NCBI GenBank assembly: GCA_002269645.1
Contig: NIVC01000001.1
Coordinates: forward strand, 1,860,001 to 1,924,000
Length of the DNA stretch: 64,000 bases
From: Macrostomum lignano
Taxonomy: Eukaryota
Direction: 5' to 3'
Under the pieces are notes generated by a model. It was given only the letters and a program-made list of their open reading frames with translations, searched no databases and was not told the DNA's origin. A program made the translations under genes and the position numbers. Positions within the stretch are counted from its first letter, which is position 1; every line of letters begins with the position of its first letter. This document shows positions 60,869 through 64,000 of the stretch, piece after piece.

Positions 60869-61009
60869 GCCGAGCCAGTAGAGGCGGACATCGAGGATCT
60901 TCTGAAGTTGGCGTCAGCTGACGATGATGCCGCAGTAGGCGAGTTCCAGCTTCGCCAGAGTCGCCGATCGAACGTCGTGGTGGCCCGGCCGAAGAGACTT
61001 CGACAGCAA

Positions 61010-61041
<32 letters not shown>

Positions 61042-63759
61042 ACAGCAATCGGACGCCTGCACCAACGGGCTCGCTAGCAAAGTCCCCGGCACCGAATGCG
61101 TCTATATTCGCACCTGGGGCTGCGCTCACAACACGTCGGACGGGGAATACATGGCCGGCTTGTTGTCCGCCTACGGCTATTCGGTCACCACCGACCAGCC
61201 CGACCAGGCCGACCTGTGGCTGCTCAACTCCTGCACGGTGAAGACTCCCGCTGAGCATCACGCCAGGAATGAGATCCAGGCCGCCAGGCAGGCCGGCAAG
61301 GCCATTGTGGTGGCCGGCTGCGTGCCGCAGGGCCAGCCGGATGCCGCTTTCCTTCGCGGCGTCAGCCTGCTAGGCGTTGGTCAAGTTGGCCGAGTTGTCG
61401 AAGTTGTCGAAGAGACTCTGCGCGGCAACTCGGTGCGCCTGCTGGGCAAGGAGAAGTCGGCGACTAACGGCGGCAGGCTGCCGGGTTGGTGCCGGGGCGC
61501 GCATGTACACTTTTGGGAGGCGCATTGGCTATCGCTTGTTGCTGTGGCCGCCTCACTCAGCATCTCTTTTCTCACTCCTGTGCTCACCATCTTCCCCCCC
61601 CTACCGTCTCCCCTCCTCTCACCTACCTCTCACATGTTTCTTCCTCTTTTTCGCTACCTACCCTCCTCTTACTCTCTACCTACCCTCCTCTTACTCTCTA
61701 CCTACCCTCATATTACTCTCTACCTATCCTCCTCTTACTCTCTACCTACCCTCCTCTTACTCTCTACCTACCCTCCTCTTACTCTCTACCTACCCTCCTC
61801 TTACTCTCTACCTACCCTCCTCTTACTCTACCTACCCTCCTCTTACTCTCTACCTACCCTCCTCTTACTCTCTACCTACCCTCCTCTTACTCTCTACCTA
61901 CCCTCCTCTTACTCTCTACCTACCCTCCTCTTACTCTACCTACCCTCCTCTTACTCTCTACCTACCCTCCTCTTACTCTCTACCTACCCTCCTCTTACTC
62001 TCTACCTACCCTCCTCTTACTCTCTACCTACCCTCATCTTACTCTCTACCTACCTTCCTCTTACTCTCTACCTACCCTCCTCTTACTCTCTACCTACCCT
62101 CCTCTTACTCTCTACCTACCCTCCTCTTACTCTCTACCTACCCTCCTCTCACTCTCTACCTACCCTCCTCTTACTCTCTACCTACCCTCCTCTCACTCTC
62201 TACCTACCCTCCTCTTACTCTCTACCTACCCTCATCTTACTCTCTACCTACCCTCCTCTTACTCTCTACCTACCCTCCTCTCACTCTCTACCTACCCTCA
62301 TCTTACTCTCTACCTACCCTCCTCTTACTCTCTACCTACCCTCCTCTTACTCTCTACCTATCCTCATCTTACTCTCTACCTACCCTCCTCTTACTCTCTA
62401 CCTACCCTCCTCTTGCTCTCTACCTACTCTCCTCTTCTCTACCTACCCTCCTCTTTCTCATTACTGTCTCATTACACTTCTGCGTAATATTTCTTAATCT
62501 TACTTCATCTCTTACCCTTCTGTCACTACCTGTTACTGAATGACCTTCCATCGTCCCCTATATATTTGTGTTTTGCCAGTCCCCACAGCCGCACTCATCT
62601 CTGCGCTTGACTGCTTGATTGCAGGCCCCCCGCTGGACATGCCAAAGATTCGCCGCAATCCCCTAATAGAAATTGTGCCAATCAACTCTGGCTGCCTGAA
62701 CAGCTGCACCTATTGCAAAACTAAGCACGCCAGGGGCCAGCTGTCCAGCTATCAGCCCGATCAGATTGTACATCGGGTAGCAACCGCCTTCGCCGAGACC
62801 CCGGACTGTGGCGGCGGGGCGCGCGAAGTTTGGCTAACTAGCGAAGACACGGGCGCCTACGGCATCGACATCGGTGTCGACCTGCCCAGCCTGCTAGACG
62901 CCGTTGTCGACGCCATCCCCAGCGGCGGCATGCTGCGGCTGGGCATGACCAATCCGCCTTACATACTGCGCCACCTGCCCGCCGTGGCCCGCCTGCTGGC
63001 GCACCCCCGCGTGTACTCCTTCCTGCACGTGCCCGTCCAGTCCGGCTCGGACGCTGTGCTGGGCGAGATGCGCCGGGAGTACACTCTGGCCGACTTTTGC
63101 ACTGTTGTTGACTATCTGCGCGACCGGGTGCCCGGCGGGGTTACCATAGCAACTGATGTTATTGCCGGCTTCCCTACGGAAACTGAGGACGACTTTGAGG
63201 CCACGTGTAGGCTTATTGAGAAGTGAGTTATCCAGGATAGTTCTCTGCTCCTGTTCGCGTCTTTTAGTGGGTTGCAGTGCAGTGCTTCTGTCTCCTAGTG
63301 GGTTGTCTGTGCTGTGCTTCTGTCTCCTAGTGGGTTGTCTGTGCTGTGCTTCTGTCTCCTAGTGGGTTGCCTGTGCTGTGCTTCTGTCTCCTAGTGGGTT
63401 GTCTGTGCTGTGCTTCTGTCTCCTAGTGGGTTGCCAGTGCTGTGCTTCTGTCTCCTAGTGGGTTGCCTGTGCTGTGCTTCTGTCTCCTAGTGGGTTGCCA
63501 GTGCTGTGCTTCTGTCTCCTAGTGGATGGCCTCTCCGCTAACCCTTCAGTCTGACATTAATCCACATGCACACTGCCGCCAATGCCGCAGGTACAAATTC
63601 CCTGTGCTGTTCATCAACCAGTTCTTCCCCCGGCCGGGCACCCCGGCGGCCCGGATGCACCGAGAGGCAACGCCGGCCGAAGTGAAAGACCGAACCCGGC
63701 GATTAAACCAGCTGTTCCGCTCCTACACCAGCTATGACGATCAGCTGGGCAGCGTGCAG
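60869..63759 (+). CDS. CDKAL1: Threonylcarbamoyladenosine tRNA methylthiotransferase (radical SAM, MtaB/CDKAL1); start codon absent from the first visible exon, 3' end beyond the window
   Basis: Exons 60869-61484 (DIEDL...[17 protein letters not shown]...[10 protein letters not shown]...VAGCVPQ), 62625-63222 ([64 protein letters not shown]), 63591-63759 ([20 protein letters not shown]). Phases 1, 2 and 0 are consistent. Confidence 0.95.
61660..62450. repeat. 22-nt pyrimidine minisatellite (TCTACCTACCCTCCTCTTACTC), CDKAL1 intron
   Basis: Period 22 (61741, 61763). Confidence 0.95.
63280..63525. repeat. 32-nt minisatellite (GGTTGTCTGTGCTGTGCTTCTGTCTCCTAGTG), CDKAL1 intron
   Basis: Period 32 (63301, 63333). 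Confidence 0.95.
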
Positions 63760-64000
63760 GTCAGTTTTATTACTAATTTGCTTCTACTGCCACTGTTAGT
63801 AGTCTATAGAGTAAGCATTGAATGGAAGCGTATTAGATTGAATTTTACACATGGGGCTTGGTGCTGGCGCCCCTTGGTGCTGGCGCTCCCATAGACGCCC
63901 CCTGATAAAAAATCCTGACTACATCCCGATGATTCAATACTTCAGAGCGTAGATATTGCTTAGTTAAAACATTAGTTATTAGTTTTGCAATTTCGCCTAT

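Noticed and set aside
60812-62543. 561-aa ORF reading from CDKAL1 into the repeat
   Set aside because: Homology ends at a GT donor (61485). The intron is 3n (1140 nt) but has an in-frame stop at 62495-62497, so it is not a read-through isoform.

Overview
Eukaryotic (metazoan) genomic DNA. I infer a flatworm such as Macrostomum from the GC-rich exons with poly-Q/A/G tracts and the minisatellite-filled introns; the sequence alone does not prove this. Six spliced protein-coding loci could be reconstructed with phase-consistent GT-AG junctions: (1) the 5' part of TGFBRAP1/Vps3 (minus strand, runs off the left edge); (2) a class-A-like GPCR carrying a frameshift and a premature stop; (3) a complete calpain-5/6-type gene whose catalytic Cys and His are replaced (C>A, H>R); (4) an alpha-arrestin (ARRDC-like) gene; (5) a complete OSBPL9/ORP9; (6) CDKAL1, which has no in-frame ATG in its first visible exon and runs off the right edge. 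Mobile elements include an intact Ty3/Gypsy (Mag-like) LTR retrotransposon with identical 197-bp LTRs and a 5-bp TSD nested inside a LINE fragment, a Chapaev/Transib-like transposase relic, an EnSpm-like element (2-bp TSD), a hAT element (8-bp TSD) with a nested MITE-like insert, a mariner HTH relic and a 152-bp hairpin. About 24 different minisatellites plus several microsatellites fill most of the larger introns. Most long ORFs in the supplied track are artefacts of these repeats. Leading hypotheses: a spliced-leader-donated start codon for CDKAL1, a pseudo-calpain, and an intron-specific minisatellite system with 20-23-nt units and a recurrent GATC core.
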